Shown here: piece by piece, positions 27,233-37,885 of the stretch
Layout of the letters: every line of letters begins with the position of its first letter
Position numbering within the stretch: the first letter of the stretch is position 1
Source of the DNA: an uncultured bacterium
GTDB lineage: Bacteria; Verrucomicrobiota; Verrucomicrobiia; Verrucomicrobiales; DEV007
Direction: 5' to 3'
Assembly (NCBI GenBank): GCA_963977015.1
Contig: CAXBMO010000007.1
Location: 206,649 to 270,648 of the forward strand
DNA length: 64,000 bases
Notes under the pieces: model-generated
What the model was told of the DNA's origin: nothing
The model's input: only the letters and a program-made list of their open reading frames with translations
Database searches by the model: none
Translations under genes and position numbers: made by a program

Positions 27233-28336
27233 GATTTTCCCTTCCACCAGTTGACGGAACGTCGCGATCTCATAGTGGGCCAATGCCAAGGTCCGATTAT
27301 CCATCGTCTCCCTAACCCTGGAAGGAACTGTTTTCGGGCAATCCAAATCCAATTGGAAGAGCCAATTGTGAGAGACGATCGTTTCAACATCCCGCAGAAA
27401 CTCGTATCCTCGATAGGCCAAGCCGTCATACAACTCGTATAGCCAAGGAACAGTGTTATAGAGGAGCATTCCCCCTTCATCCTTAAAGTAGGATAACAAC
27501 CATAGAGGAAACGTTCCATTGACTCCGCTCTCAACGAATACAGGAGGCTTTTCCAGCCCCAACTGATCGAGTTGAGCCTTGGTGTCGTCAATGAAGTCCT
27601 GCGGCAACACTCCAGGAGAGAATGCACACTCTCGATACTCCTTCCGCAGCTGATCCAATGGGAGCAATTCCCTGCTGCTCATCAAACTCTTGTAGAGCGC
27701 TTCGTAAATGAGAATCTCGTAAATCTCTTCGAACCCGGCATACGCATTGGTAAACGTTCGATTAAAGATTAGCGCCTTGGGAGAGTAGCGATTCTTCCAG
27801 ACCAATCCCAAGCAAATGAGAAGCGTATCTCGCAAGAGCATGACCGGCTGCGTGTCGTCGCGAATCAAGACATCTTCAATCCATTGCAAATAGGAAGCCA
27901 TTTCCTCCAACACCCGTCGAGTTTGCCCTTCCCATTTCGTCATCGCGTCCCTACTTGGAAAGTGCATGCGAATGTCTGGAACTTCGTCGATTTCCGCCAA
28001 CCGAAGGACATATTCGGGCAGCTCCCAAGACTTCCCCGCCATAAAAAGCAACCCGAGTTGGCCTCCATCCATTGCCGAACTGGGCTCCGTCATCAAGCCG
28101 GGCCCTTTTTCGAGCAATCTCCCCAGCCGGACTCCGGCATCTTCCGGTTCCAATGCCGCCTTTACATAGTCCGCATAACCTTCGGCTTCATAGTCATTCA
28201 GGACCTGCCGAACCGTCGCGGCATCTCCAAGAGCTTTCTCCAAATCAACGCCTTGCGCCTGTTCCCAGGACAACAGTCGAGATTTTAAAAATCGAGAAAT
28301 AAATAACGCTTCGTAATCCTCTACCATTTCAAACAC
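27227..28336 (-). CDS. Hypothetical protein, possibly phosphoribosyltransferase-like
   Basis: 369-aa ORF 9 nt downstream of the MATE gene; PVMLLRD and VFVESGVNGT resemble a PRPP-loop-type motif pair. Confidence 0.6.
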   Translation of the reverse strand: MFEMVEDYEALFISRFLKSRLLSWEQAQGVDLEKALGDAATVRQVLNDYEAEGYADYVKAALEPEDAGVRLGRLLEKGPGLMTEPSSAMDGGQLGLLFMAGKSWELPEYVLRLAEIDEVPDIRMHFPSRDAMTKWEGQTRRVLEEMASYLQWIEDVLIRDDTQPVMLLRDTLLICLGLVWKNRYSPKALIFNRTFTNAYAGFEEIYEILIYEALYKSLMSSRELLPLDQLRKEYRECAFSPGVLPQDFIDDTKAQLDQLGLEKPPVFVESGVNGTFPLWLLSYFKDEGGMLLYNTVPWLYELYDGLAYRGYEFLRDVETIVSHNWLFQLDLDCPKTVPSRVRETMDNRTLALAHYEIATFRQLVEGKIS

Positions 28337-28345
28337 GTATTCCCT

Positions 28346-29716
28346 TCATTCTTCGGTTACCGGATTGTTGAATCGCCAACCACCGGACTTCCACCGTAGG
28401 GCGAGAACCAGCGCAACAACCGCGCGGTTCGCGGCGATGACAAGCCAAATCCCATACGATCCCAAATCAGGAAAGTAGTGGCTCATCAACCATCCTCCGG
28501 CAAGGATCACTAGGGAATTCGCCAAAAAAGTTGCTTTCAGCGTCCAGGCGGCATCTCCGGCACCATTCAAGGCATTGTCCACCGCGTAAAGGCACGCATC
28601 AAACGCGAGAATGACGGGGAGCAGAACCATGCATTTGACACCGATTCCGATCGCTTCGCCTGAGTTGGTAAAGCTGGCAAAAATTTCCGTTCCAAAGTGC
28701 CAGCATAGAACTCCCGCACCACCCATGAACACCAGGTTCAGGAGGAGGGTTGAACGAAGATCCCGGTTCGCCTCCTTCTCGTCACCAGCGGCCAAGTGAT
28801 GCCCAATCAAAGTCGTTAACGCAACGCCTACCCCATCGCCGGGCACACTTATCAACATCAACACACTGTAAACAATGGCTGCAGCGGCAAGATGTTCCGT
28901 TCCAAAACCGCCGATAAAAAAGATCAACGCAACATTCCAGAAAAGCGTGTCCGCCACATCAATAAATCCATTCGGCAATCCTATTTTCAAAAGGTCCCAC
29001 CCCTTTCGGAAACTGATTCTTGGAATCCACGTACGGTAGACGCGAAGAGCTGGATGGAAGAAAAACATTCCCAATAGCAAAACGGCCCAAACCACAGATG
29101 CGACAACCGTTCCCCATGCCGCTCCCGCGATTCCCATTGGCGCCACCAAACCCGGAACACCGAACATCAGAATATAGTTCAATATAATATTCAGAACTAC
29201 ATGCACAATACCACCCCACATCGGCAGAAGCGGCAACCGGGCTGCAAAGAAAAAATTTGCCAGAGCAGCAGCCAGCACTTGAGCTGGAAAAGCCCAAACT
29301 GAAATCTCAAAATAGGTAACCTCCGAGAGATAAACTGGGTAATCATGGTTGAGCGGACGAAAAATCGATTCCGCGACAAAATGAAGTGACGCTCCCAAGG
29401 CGCCGACCAACAGAGCAATGAAGATGGCTTGCCATGCATAGGCGGAACATGATTCCGGGCCAAACCTTCGGGCTGCATGCGAACCACAGGTATTCAGTGC
29501 AGTCATGAGGCCCACTGCAAAACCGAGCAAAACGTAGAGTACCTGCTGTGCAGGCATCAACGCAGCCAGGAATTCTTCACCCAATTGTCCCACCATCCAG
29601 GTATCCGTGAATTGCCGGGCCGCGAACGCAAAATAGGTCACCACGGTAGGCCATGCCAACACCAGAACCGACTCCAACCGTCTCCCGTTTGCAATAGTAT
29701 CCACCTCGCTCTCCAT
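28346..29716 (-). CDS. MATE-family efflux transporter
   Basis: LAWP, DTWMVGQLG, NIILNYILMFG, MGIAGAAWGT, LLKIGLP, GAGD; about 12 hydrophobic segments. Confidence 0.92.
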   Translation of the reverse strand: MESEVDTIANGRRLESVLVLAWPTVVTYFAFAARQFTDTWMVGQLGEEFLAALMPAQQVLYVLLGFAVGLMTALNTCGSHAARRFGPESCSAYAWQAIFIALLVGALGASLHFVAESIFRPLNHDYPVYLSEVTYFEISVWAFPAQVLAAALANFFFAARLPLLPMWGGIVHVVLNIILNYILMFGVPGLVAPMGIAGAAWGTVVASVVWAVLLLGMFFFHPALRVYRTWIPRISFRKGWDLLKIGLPNGFIDVADTLFWNVALIFFIGGFGTEHLAAAAIVYSVLMLISVPGDGVGVALTTLIGHHLAAGDEKEANRDLRSTLLLNLVFMGGAGVLCWHFGTEIFASFTNSGEAIGIGVKCMVLLPVILAFDACLYAVDNALNGAGDAAWTLKATFLANSLVILAGGWLMSHYFPDLGSYGIWLVIAANRAVVALVLALRWKSGGWRFNNPVTEE

Positions 29717-29794
29717 AGACTGAATTTTAAGACATGCTAATTTCTATGCGACACTTATAGTTTTTACGGTTATTGTAAAGTCGATACCAAAACC

Positions 29795-30961
29795 ATGAAA
29801 ATCCGAACATTCTCACTCCTTCTTTGCTTTGCATTCACCAGCGCAGCACTTTTATCCGTAAGCTGCAAAAAAGAACCAGACAAGCCTTCATCTGCAGGGA
29901 CCGCAAAAGACACCACGCCATTGGTAATTTGCGCCTGGGCAGGAGAAGAATATGTAGCGGCAGAGGCTCTCGAACTCTTCACCCAGGAAACTGGACGGGA
30001 AATTCGAGTCGATGCCTATGAGAACGCGGATGAATTGAGAGCACTTCTTGAATCGAATCCAGGCGTGTATGACATCGTCATCACCGATGAGGCGGCGCGT
30101 CGTGAGTTGCAAGAGCTTCAGCTACTGGCTCAACTGGATTTTGAAAGCCTCCCAAATACCAAACACCTGGGCAAACGCTTCTGGAACACGGACAAAGCAG
30201 CTTCGACCCCGAATGCAATTCCATACCTTTGGGGTTCAACCGTCGTTGCCTATCGCACTGACAAACTGGATCTGACCGAAGAAGAATTTAGTTGGGACCT
30301 CTTTTGGGATCCGGCAGTGAAAGGAAGATGCGCTCTGATCAACGAGAAGGTCGACATCTTCGCCATCGGCCTGATTAAAAATGGATTCTCGGCCAATTCA
30401 AACAATCCAACAGAACTTGATCTGGCCCAAAAGAGTCTGGAAGAGGTAGCAAGTGCCAATGCGCTTCAGTTTGACGGAGGCTGGGAGAATATGGAACGCC
30501 TCGCGAGTGGAGAACTTTGGGTGGCCCATTGCTATAGCGGTGATGCGGCATACTTTGCGTTTGAAGACGAAAATATTGGTTACTTCATGCCGAAGGAAGG
30601 AGCCCAACTTTGGATGGACGAGTTCGTTATTCCCAGAGACAGCAATAACACCACAGGGGCACACGAATTCATTAACTTTATGCTGCGTCCAGACGCAGCC
30701 GCGATCAGTGCGAATACCTTGTGGTATCTGACTCCAAACGAGACCGCACTTCCGATGCTTGATGAAGAGCTTCTTGCCGACACGGTCCTGAATCCTTCCG
30801 AAGAAATGTTGGAAAAGTGTGAGTTCATTGATCCCCTTACAGGTTTGCGCGAGCGGACCATGCAACTGGGAATGCGCTCGATCAGGTCCGTATCCGAGAA
30901 AGCCCTGACGCAGGTGGACGATGCCACTAGTCCAGAGACGGCAATGAACCCAACTCACTAG
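29795..30961 (+). CDS. Spermidine/putrescine-binding lipoprotein (PotD/PotF-like), no adjacent permease or ATPase
   Basis: Lipobox [42 protein letters not shown]. Confidence 0.85.
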   Translation: MKIRTFSLLLCFAFTSAALLSVSCKKEPDKPSSAGTAKDTTPLVICAWAGEEYVAAEALELFTQETGREIRVDAYENADELRALLESNPGVYDIVITDEAARRELQELQLLAQLDFESLPNTKHLGKRFWNTDKAASTPNAIPYLWGSTVVAYRTDKLDLTEEEFSWDLFWDPAVKGRCALINEKVDIFAIGLIKNGFSANSNNPTELDLAQKSLEEVASANALQFDGGWENMERLASGELWVAHCYSGDAAYFAFEDENIGYFMPKEGAQLWMDEFVIPRDSNNTTGAHEFINFMLRPDAAAISANTLWYLTPNETALPMLDEELLADTVLNPSEEMLEKCEFIDPLTGLRERTMQLGMRSIRSVSEKALTQVDDATSPETAMNPTH

Positions 30962-31000
30962 AGTCGGATTCACGCGAAGTGATATCAGTCTTCACTCTAT

Positions 31001-33823
31001 TTGACCTCAAATAGCCGTTCCCCCAAGCTCAAGTCGATGCCCATTCTCGGTGCTAATGTAGAAAGCAGCCCTCGCCTCAAAAAGGTGTTGGGCCGCTTTC
31101 TACTGACATCGACGAACAGTATACGTTTCCACCTGTTTGTTGCCCTCTTCCTTGTCGCGTTTCTCCCGATCCTACTTCTCTCGTTAGCGCTTAGCTCCAA
31201 CCTCAAGAAATCAGCGCTAGCCGATGCCAGAAAACACGTTGAAGTCGTCGGTGATGAATTGGGGGAACGGGTCGGAGAGTTGATGCATTCGATCGAACGG
31301 CATCTTCAATCCCTTCAGTCAAATCCCAGGATTCGCAGCAAGAGTGACTCGACTGCCGATCGGCATCGAGAAATGGAACGCCTGTTGTCCATCTATGATG
31401 ACTTTGATGATATCAGCCTCTATCGGCCCGACGGATCCATCATCGCGTCAACCAATGAAGACGGCCCTGATCCGGCTCCCTATCATGAGCACACTGCCTG
31501 GTTCAAGGAATCCGTAAAATCTGGAGAACGAGTCGTATCACGCCCCAATCGACGTATTGGTCAGAGCGGGATGTTCTTGGTGGTCTATTTGCCGATTCGG
31601 GAGCTGTCTGGAGAAGTATACAGTGTGATGCGGGCAAGTCTTCGCTTCGATCGCATTCAGAACATTCTTGAGAGTGTTGAGCTTTCAAAAACGGGCCAGT
31701 TCATGTTGGTTGACGAGTTGAGTCTTGTGCTTCACGACCAGCAAGGTCAACCTCTCCCACGCAAGCTTGACACCGGCTTCGACTGGTCAGGGTGGCTGTC
31801 CAATCCTCGCGGAATCACTCATTTGCAGGGGGTTGAGTCGGTCTATGCCACCAAGTTGATGCATCCCACCGAAACCCGAGTCGGCTGTCATTGGCTGCTC
31901 ATTGGGCATCTCCCGACCAAGCAGGCGCTCGCTACGGTTGATACGGCGCTCAAGACGATCTGGGGGTTTCTCCTATTCTCAGTGTTTGGCATTATCGTTG
32001 TGACGCCCTACGTCAGCAACCGCCTTGTGGACCGGCTCAGTCCGTTGATCAAGGCCGCACGATATGTCGCGGAGCGGGATTGGGATAAAGTAGACCTCCC
32101 GGAAGGTGGTCCATCAGAAATTTCCGCCCTGGCACAGTCTTTTGGAGGGATGGTCCAAGAGATCAGGCTGCACCAAGATGAGCTTGAAAAGAGAGTTGAG
32201 GATCGAACGCAGGAATTGGCTGAAAACCGCCGCCAACTCGAACAAGCCAATGCCCAATTGGAAGCGTCATTCCAGTCCACGCTGGAAGGAGTTCTCGTGA
32301 TTGGGAACAATGGCAACATCCTTTCCATCAATCGTCAGTTTCTCCGTTTCTTCAACTTATCGAAGGACGTTACCGAACTGCTCACGGTGGAGCAACTCAA
32401 CGCACGGGTTGAAGAATTGATTGAGGATCACCGAGGGTTCCAAGGCTTCGGCCAACCGTTGCTGCATACCCCGAAAGACAACAAGATCCGGCAACGCCAC
32501 GAGGCGGAGTGGCACATCGAAGGAATCCACGAACGTTACCTTAAGGTTTATTCGGTCGATGTTCGCACCAAACAAGGCGACGACTTGGCGAAGATGTGGG
32601 TTCTTAGAGACTATACCGAATCTCGAGTCCTCGAAACCAACCTTCAGCAAGCACAAAAGATGGAAGCTGTTGGCAGATTGGCAGGGGGTATTGCCCACGA
32701 CTTCAACAACCTGCTCACCGGCATCATCGGGAACCTGGCGCTCGTCCACTTTGAGATGCCAAGGAACTCACCCATTCTGGAAGATCTCGAATCCGCAGAG
32801 AAGGCCGCGCAAAGGGCTGCGGAATTGGTCAAGCAATTGCTTGGGTATTCCCGTCAAAGCTTTCTCAATCTCGACGTTTGCAACCCTAACTTCCTCATCG
32901 AAGAGGTTACCACATTCCTGGGAAGAAGTTTTGATCCTGGGATCAAGATTGATACCGATCTCTGTGATCGGATCTGGGATGTGGAGGTCGATGGTACCCA
33001 GATCAATCAGGTACTTATGAACCTTTGTGTGAATGCCAGGGATGCCATGGAGGAACATGGCAACAAAGGCGAGTTGGTGTTGAGCACTCAGAACCTGGAT
33101 CTCCGTTCGAAAGACCTTCGAACCTATAGTCACGAAGCAGCGACTCCGGGAAAATACGTCTGCATCTCGGTTAGAGACAACGGTAACGGAATTCCCGACC
33201 ACATTGTGGAGCACATTTTTGATCCGTTTTTCACCACCAAGGGCCAAGGCAAGGGGACGGGACTGGGCTTGGCAACGTCTCTTGGAATTGTCGAACAGCA
33301 TGGCGGATGGATGACTTGTGAGACAAAGATCGGAGAAGGAACCACGTTTTTGGTTCACCTCCCAAAGGCGATCGCGGCCCGCCCGAAGAAGAAGAACATT
33401 CAAGCAAATACCCTACCCGCCCCCTTGGGAGGAAAAGAAACCCTTCTCCTGGTCGATGACGAGATGGTGGTGCGTGGCGTTTCCGAAAAATTTCTGCAAA
33501 AGAAGGGCTATAACGTGCTGACGGCCTGTGACGGAGAGGTCGGGTTGGAGGTTCACCAACAACATTCGAGGGAAATTGACCTGGTCATGCTCGACTTGAC
33601 CATGCCCAAACTTTCGGGGGCCGACACTTTCAGGGAATTGCGGAACCGAAATCCCAATCTGCCCATCATTATTTACAGCGGCTACATTGTTGATGACAAA
33701 GAATTTGAAGCTGAGAACGGCTCCAAACCCGACGCAATTCTTTGCAAGCCGTTCGATTTGCAGGACCTTGCCAAAGTGATTCGAAATATTCTCGACGAAG
33801 CCAAAGTCGAGATCGCCGCCTGA
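31001..33823 (+). CDS. Hybrid sensor histidine kinase (TM, Cache-like, TM, HAMP, PAS, HisKA, HATPase, REC)
   Basis: Two TMs flanking a periplasmic domain; LAGGIAHDFNN H-box, NLCVNARDAM, DNGNGI, FDPFFTTK, GTGLGL; REC motifs LLVDDE, LDLTMP, KPF. Start uncertain. Confidence 0.93.
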   Translation: MTSNSRSPKLKSMPILGANVESSPRLKKVLGRFLLTSTNSIRFHLFVALFLVAFLPILLLSLALSSNLKKSALADARKHVEVVGDELGERVGELMHSIERHLQSLQSNPRIRSKSDSTADRHREMERLLSIYDDFDDISLYRPDGSIIASTNEDGPDPAPYHEHTAWFKESVKSGERVVSRPNRRIGQSGMFLVVYLPIRELSGEVYSVMRASLRFDRIQNILESVELSKTGQFMLVDELSLVLHDQQGQPLPRKLDTGFDWSGWLSNPRGITHLQGVESVYATKLMHPTETRVGCHWLLIGHLPTKQALATVDTALKTIWGFLLFSVFGIIVVTPYVSNRLVDRLSPLIKAARYVAERDWDKVDLPEGGPSEISALAQSFGGMVQEIRLHQDELEKRVEDRTQELAENRRQLEQANAQLEASFQSTLEGVLVIGNNGNILSINRQFLRFFNLSKDVTELLTVEQLNARVEELIEDHRGFQGFGQPLLHTPKDNKIRQRHEAEWHIEGIHERYLKVYSVDVRTKQGDDLAKMWVLRDYTESRVLETNLQQAQKMEAVGRLAGGIAHDFNNLLTGIIGNLALVHFEMPRNSPILEDLESAEKAAQRAAELVKQLLGYSRQSFLNLDVCNPNFLIEEVTTFLGRSFDPGIKIDTDLCDRIWDVEVDGTQINQVLMNLCVNARDAMEEHGNKGELVLSTQNLDLRSKDLRTYSHEAATPGKYVCISVRDNGNGIPDHIVEHIFDPFFTTKGQGKGTGLGLATSLGIVEQHGGWMTCETKIGEGTTFLVHLPKAIAARPKKKNIQANTLPAPLGGKETLLLVDDEMVVRGVSEKFLQKKGYNVLTACDGEVGLEVHQQHSREIDLVMLDLTMPKLSGADTFRELRNRNPNLPIIIYSGYIVDDKEFEAENGSKPDAILCKPFDLQDLAKVIRNILDEAKVEIAA

Positions 33824-33898
33824 TGACCGACTTCGAGACCGAGCATCGAAGCTTGGATTTTCCGAGATAAATGCTACCACAAGGGCTCGCGCCTTGTA

Positions 33899-34432
33899 AT
33901 GCCTCCCGAGGAACCACAACCTTCGATTGACCAGCAACTTAGTCGGCTCCAGCCTGAATTGCGCAGGTTTGTGGGTTCACTCCTCGCCAATCCCTCCGAT
34001 GTCGATGACGTTCTTCAAGAAGTAAACCTCACGGTTTGGGCCAAACGTGACGAGTTTGAGGAAGGAACCAACTTTCGAGCCTGGGCCTTTAAAATCGCTC
34101 GATTCAAAGCCCTCGCTTCCCATCGGGATACCATTCGTAGCCGGCTTAGCTTGTTCGGCGATGACCTTGGAAACAGGATCGAAAGTTTGATGATCTCGGA
34201 CCCTGGTTTCACGGATGAACGCACGGAAGCTCTTCAAGCCTGCCTCAGCCAATTGACGAGCAATCAGGTTGAGCTCTTGGAAGCCCGTTACGCCCGCGAG
34301 TCAACCCTGGTTCAACTCGCCCAAAAGAAGGGGATTAGCGCCGACTCCGCCCATAAGGCAATCTCCCGGCTTCGCATTCAATTGCGTCAATGTGTCGAAA
34401 AACGACTGCAATCAGATCGATCTACCCCCTGA
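33899..34432 (+). CDS. ECF sigma-70 factor
   Basis: VDDVLQEVN, FEEGTNFRAWAFKIARF, SRLRIQLRQCV. Confidence 0.92.
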   Translation: MPPEEPQPSIDQQLSRLQPELRRFVGSLLANPSDVDDVLQEVNLTVWAKRDEFEEGTNFRAWAFKIARFKALASHRDTIRSRLSLFGDDLGNRIESLMISDPGFTDERTEALQACLSQLTSNQVELLEARYARESTLVQLAQKKGISADSAHKAISRLRIQLRQCVEKRLQSDRSTP

Positions 34433-34490
34433 AAAATCATCGCGTCAGGAAACTCCTTCACTTGGAATTTCCTTTTAGCCCCCTTAATCC

Positions 34491-35870
34491 ATGTCAAATC
34501 ACTCCAGAGATTTCACCGATTCTTTTCAACAGTTGGTTGATCGGTGGATTGATGGCAACATCTCACCGGATGAACTGGCGGAGTTGGAGGCTGAACTATC
34601 GACCAGCCCGGAAAAACAGCGCTACGCCGCAGAATCGTTGCTGTTTTCAGAGCAACTGGCGCTCGAAATGGAAACGCCTCAAGTTCGGAAGCCCGCACCA
34701 CGGGAGCTCATCAAACGCCGAACCCTCGTTTTGGCAGCAATTGGAGCAACTTTCTGTTTCTTGATCTTGTTGGTGAATCTGGGGAATCACGCAGAACCGC
34801 CAGGCGGGTCCCCAGATTTTGCATTCATTGATCGGCTCGAAAATGCGGAGTGGCTTACCACTGAGCAAACGCCGACTTTTGACTCGGAAGTCATCCGCGG
34901 AGAATCGCTCAAACTCGCAAAAGGGTTCGTAGGAGTAACCTTCACCAACGGAACCCGGCTCCTGATTGAAGGGCCCAGTTCCTTGACCATTCACGATACG
35001 CATTCGGTCACGCTGGAGAACGGAAAACTCGTGCTCAGCTTACCAGCAGGTTCGGACTCCTTCTCCATCGAAAGCGCCGGATACCAAATCCAGGTCGCCT
35101 CAAATAGCAGAGAATCACACGAAGGAAACCTCTATGGTTTGTTGTATGATCGCCCCAAAAATCTTCTTCAAACCAGCGTCTACTCCGGCGACGTCGAAAT
35201 TCAGCCTTTGGCGGATGGAAAACAGGCTACAATTGGCGCAATGCCCGTGTTCAACGAGGTTCCCATCGCGGAATCGTTCTCTCTCGCCCTCGAGCGGACC
35301 GAGGCTTCTGCGGCAGCCCATCGACTTGAGATTCAGCTGAAGAACGAAGAGACCGGTGACGGATTTTTCCAACTGATTGAATCTTCGACTTCTCGGGAAA
35401 GCTCCCCACCAAGCGAGTGTTGGCTGAAATTGTTTACCGAAGCCCAAAGTCAAAGCGACGATTTTCTCGTTCAAGGAAGCACGGGAAGAATCGCCAAAAA
35501 ATCCGATTCGTTTGGATGTTTTGCGTTTCCGCCGGACGCGATGCGAATCAGACTTTCCCACGATCACCCAATGCAGGGAGAAGCGTTTCTGTTCGCGAAA
35601 AACCCCTCATTTCACCGGAGTGATTTTCTGGGACGATGGACAATCTCGACTCATTCAGCAGCAAAGGCCTCGGCTAAACTTCTCAGGCTTCGCTCTGACG
35701 GAAGCATCGTTTCAGAGAGTCAGCACCGCCCCAAAACCAATTGGTATTTCCGGGCTGGCCTCGTTTATCTCATCGACTCGAACGGCAACATCAAAGATCG
35801 ATGGCTTCCGATGGACTCCGATCACTTGATTTCCGAAGCCGATCATTCCGTCTTGATCGAGCGATATTGA
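34491..35870 (+). CDS. FecR-like transmembrane anti-sigma protein
   Basis: N-terminal WIDGNISPDELAELE, single TM, FecR-like FTNGTRLLIEGPS...LENGKL; directly follows the ECF sigma. Confidence 0.75.
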   Translation: MSNHSRDFTDSFQQLVDRWIDGNISPDELAELEAELSTSPEKQRYAAESLLFSEQLALEMETPQVRKPAPRELIKRRTLVLAAIGATFCFLILLVNLGNHAEPPGGSPDFAFIDRLENAEWLTTEQTPTFDSEVIRGESLKLAKGFVGVTFTNGTRLLIEGPSSLTIHDTHSVTLENGKLVLSLPAGSDSFSIESAGYQIQVASNSRESHEGNLYGLLYDRPKNLLQTSVYSGDVEIQPLADGKQATIGAMPVFNEVPIAESFSLALERTEASAAAHRLEIQLKNEETGDGFFQLIESSTSRESSPPSECWLKLFTEAQSQSDDFLVQGSTGRIAKKSDSFGCFAFPPDAMRIRLSHDHPMQGEAFLFAKNPSFHRSDFLGRWTISTHSAAKASAKLLRLRSDGSIVSESQHRPKTNWYFRAGLVYLIDSNGNIKDRWLPMDSDHLISEADHSVLIERY

Positions 35871-35883
35871 TCGCCAGCCAACG

Positions 35884-36888
35884 TTATTGGTCGCGAAGGA
35901 AAAGGGGCAACTCCTCACTCACGTTACCGGAAGAAATATCTTTGCGCAGGCTCGGGTTCACCCCCTTGAAGTACTGAAACAAATCACTGTCAGTCGAAAG
36001 AATCACCGTCGTGTCCTTCCCGATGATCTGCTTATAAACTTCCATGGTCCGGGTGAACTCGTAAAAGTTCACCGCATCTTCACTTTGGTTGAAAGCATCG
36101 GCATAAATCTGGGTCGCTTGTGCATCGGCGCGTCCCTGAATCTCTTGAACCCGCTTATACCCGTCAGATTCGATCTCCTTGAGTTCCCGATCCATTTTCC
36201 CGAGAATGAGAGAAGCCTCTTCGTCGCCCTCAGAACGGATTTGCTCAGCAATCTGTTCCCGTTCACTCGCCATTCTGCGGTGGATCTCCATAATGACATT
36301 CTGATCCTTGTAGTTAACCCGCTTGAATCGCAAATCGAGAAGCTTGATGCCCAGATCCTCCAGTTCCTTATCAGCTTGAGCCCGGATTTGCTCTTCGATT
36401 TTATTTCGCCCGATCTCAATTGCCTTCAATTCGGTACTGATCTCCAAACCTTCGTCAGGTTCGCGATTGGATGAACGAACGACCTCAACCAACTCATGCC
36501 GAGCGATCGCCTTCAACGTCTCGCCCGCCAAGATATCATCGAGCCGCGATTCCGCGCTGCGCTCGTCTCGCAAACGGAGGAAGAACTGGAGAGGATCGAC
36601 AATCTGCCATCGTCCGTAGGTATCCACCTGAATGAACAGCTTATCTTTCGTCTGCATCGGGGTGGAAACCCCATCCCATTCCAATACCCGGCGATCGAGA
36701 ACATTCACTTCCTGAACAAAGGGAAGCTTGAAGTGAAGCCCTTCTTTCTGAACCGGCTTGCCAACCGGCTTGCCGAATTGCGTAAGAATAACCTGCTCGG
36801 TCGGATCAATAACATAGACCGACATCCAAACGACCAAGGCCGCAATTACCAGCAATAGACTGCTGGCCATAATTCCAAATTGTTTCAT
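35884..36888 (-). CDS. hflC: FtsH modulator HflC
   Basis: SPFH domain: TQFGKP, GLHFKLPF, RMASERE, FYEFTRTMEVY. Confidence 0.92.
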   Translation of the reverse strand: MKQFGIMASSLLLVIAALVVWMSVYVIDPTEQVILTQFGKPVGKPVQKEGLHFKLPFVQEVNVLDRRVLEWDGVSTPMQTKDKLFIQVDTYGRWQIVDPLQFFLRLRDERSAESRLDDILAGETLKAIARHELVEVVRSSNREPDEGLEISTELKAIEIGRNKIEEQIRAQADKELEDLGIKLLDLRFKRVNYKDQNVIMEIHRRMASEREQIAEQIRSEGDEEASLILGKMDRELKEIESDGYKRVQEIQGRADAQATQIYADAFNQSEDAVNFYEFTRTMEVYKQIIGKDTTVILSTDSDLFQYFKGVNPSLRKDISSGNVSEELPLFLRDQ

Positions 36889-37859
36889 TTCTGACCTCCC
36901 AGATTAAGTAGTGGAAGCAGTTGCTTCGTTTCCTCGTCAATAATGACTTTGCTCCCAAGTTGAGGAACGACCTCCTGAAGGGTTTCAAGATAGATTCGGC
37001 GCTTGGTCACTTCCGGCGCTTTCTCATATTCCTCAAACAAAGCCATAAATTTCGCCGCGTCGCCCTCCGCTCGATTCACTCGTTCGGTCGCATAACCTTC
37101 TGCTTCGGCAACCAAACGTTCAGCTTTACCACGAGCCTGCGGAATTGTGCTGAGATATTCCCGATTCGCCTGATTGATCTTGGTGATCTTTTCCTGCTCA
37201 GCCTTGTTCACGTCCTGAAACGCGTCATCCAGAGCTTGAGGCGGGTTCACGTCTTTTAATTGGATCTGGGTAATATCGATCCCCATTCCATATTGACTTA
37301 CCAGTTCTCGAAGTGCTTCGAATGCCTGCTGCTCAATCCCCGCACGGCCAACCGTCAATACTTCATCAACGGTGCGATCTCCGACCACTTCACGCATCAC
37401 CGATTCCGTGGCGTCTCGCAGGGTGGGTTCCGGATTTCTTACGTTAAACAAATACTTTTCCGGCTCGGTAATCCGGTATTGAACCACCCACGTCACATTC
37501 ACCGCATTCAAATCACCGGTGACCATGTCTTTCTCAAGTTCACGTTCCCCACGATCCGGCGAGAACTGCCAGCGATTCGTAGCGCCCTGACTCATGATGC
37601 CAAATTCCAGTTTCTTCTGCCGCTTGACCTCTACCTTGCGGATCTGGTCAATTCCCCATGGCAACCTCCAATGAAGGCCCGGCCCTTTCACCGGAAGGGG
37701 TTTCCCCAAACGGAGAACAACCACTTCGGAGTCTGCGGGAACCTGATAAAAAAGGGTTCCAGCAGTTCCAAGCAAGAGGATCAGAAATACAGCTGTGACC
37801 AACTTCCCGAAGGAAAGGTTGAACTTGGGAAGCTGCGGATTGGGAGGTGGTGCAGGCAT
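36885..37859 (-). CDS. hflK: FtsH modulator HflK
   Basis: GPGLHWRLP, MVTGDLN, VQYRI, PQARGKA, AEGDA, APEVTKRRIYLET. Confidence 0.93.
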   Translation of the reverse strand: MPAPPPNPQLPKFNLSFGKLVTAVFLILLLGTAGTLFYQVPADSEVVVLRLGKPLPVKGPGLHWRLPWGIDQIRKVEVKRQKKLEFGIMSQGATNRWQFSPDRGERELEKDMVTGDLNAVNVTWVVQYRITEPEKYLFNVRNPEPTLRDATESVMREVVGDRTVDEVLTVGRAGIEQQAFEALRELVSQYGMGIDITQIQLKDVNPPQALDDAFQDVNKAEQEKITKINQANREYLSTIPQARGKAERLVAEAEGYATERVNRAEGDAAKFMALFEEYEKAPEVTKRRIYLETLQEVVPQLGSKVIIDEETKQLLPLLNLGGQK

Positions 37860-37885
37860 GGGCTAAGGGTAATAGTTTAACGCAA

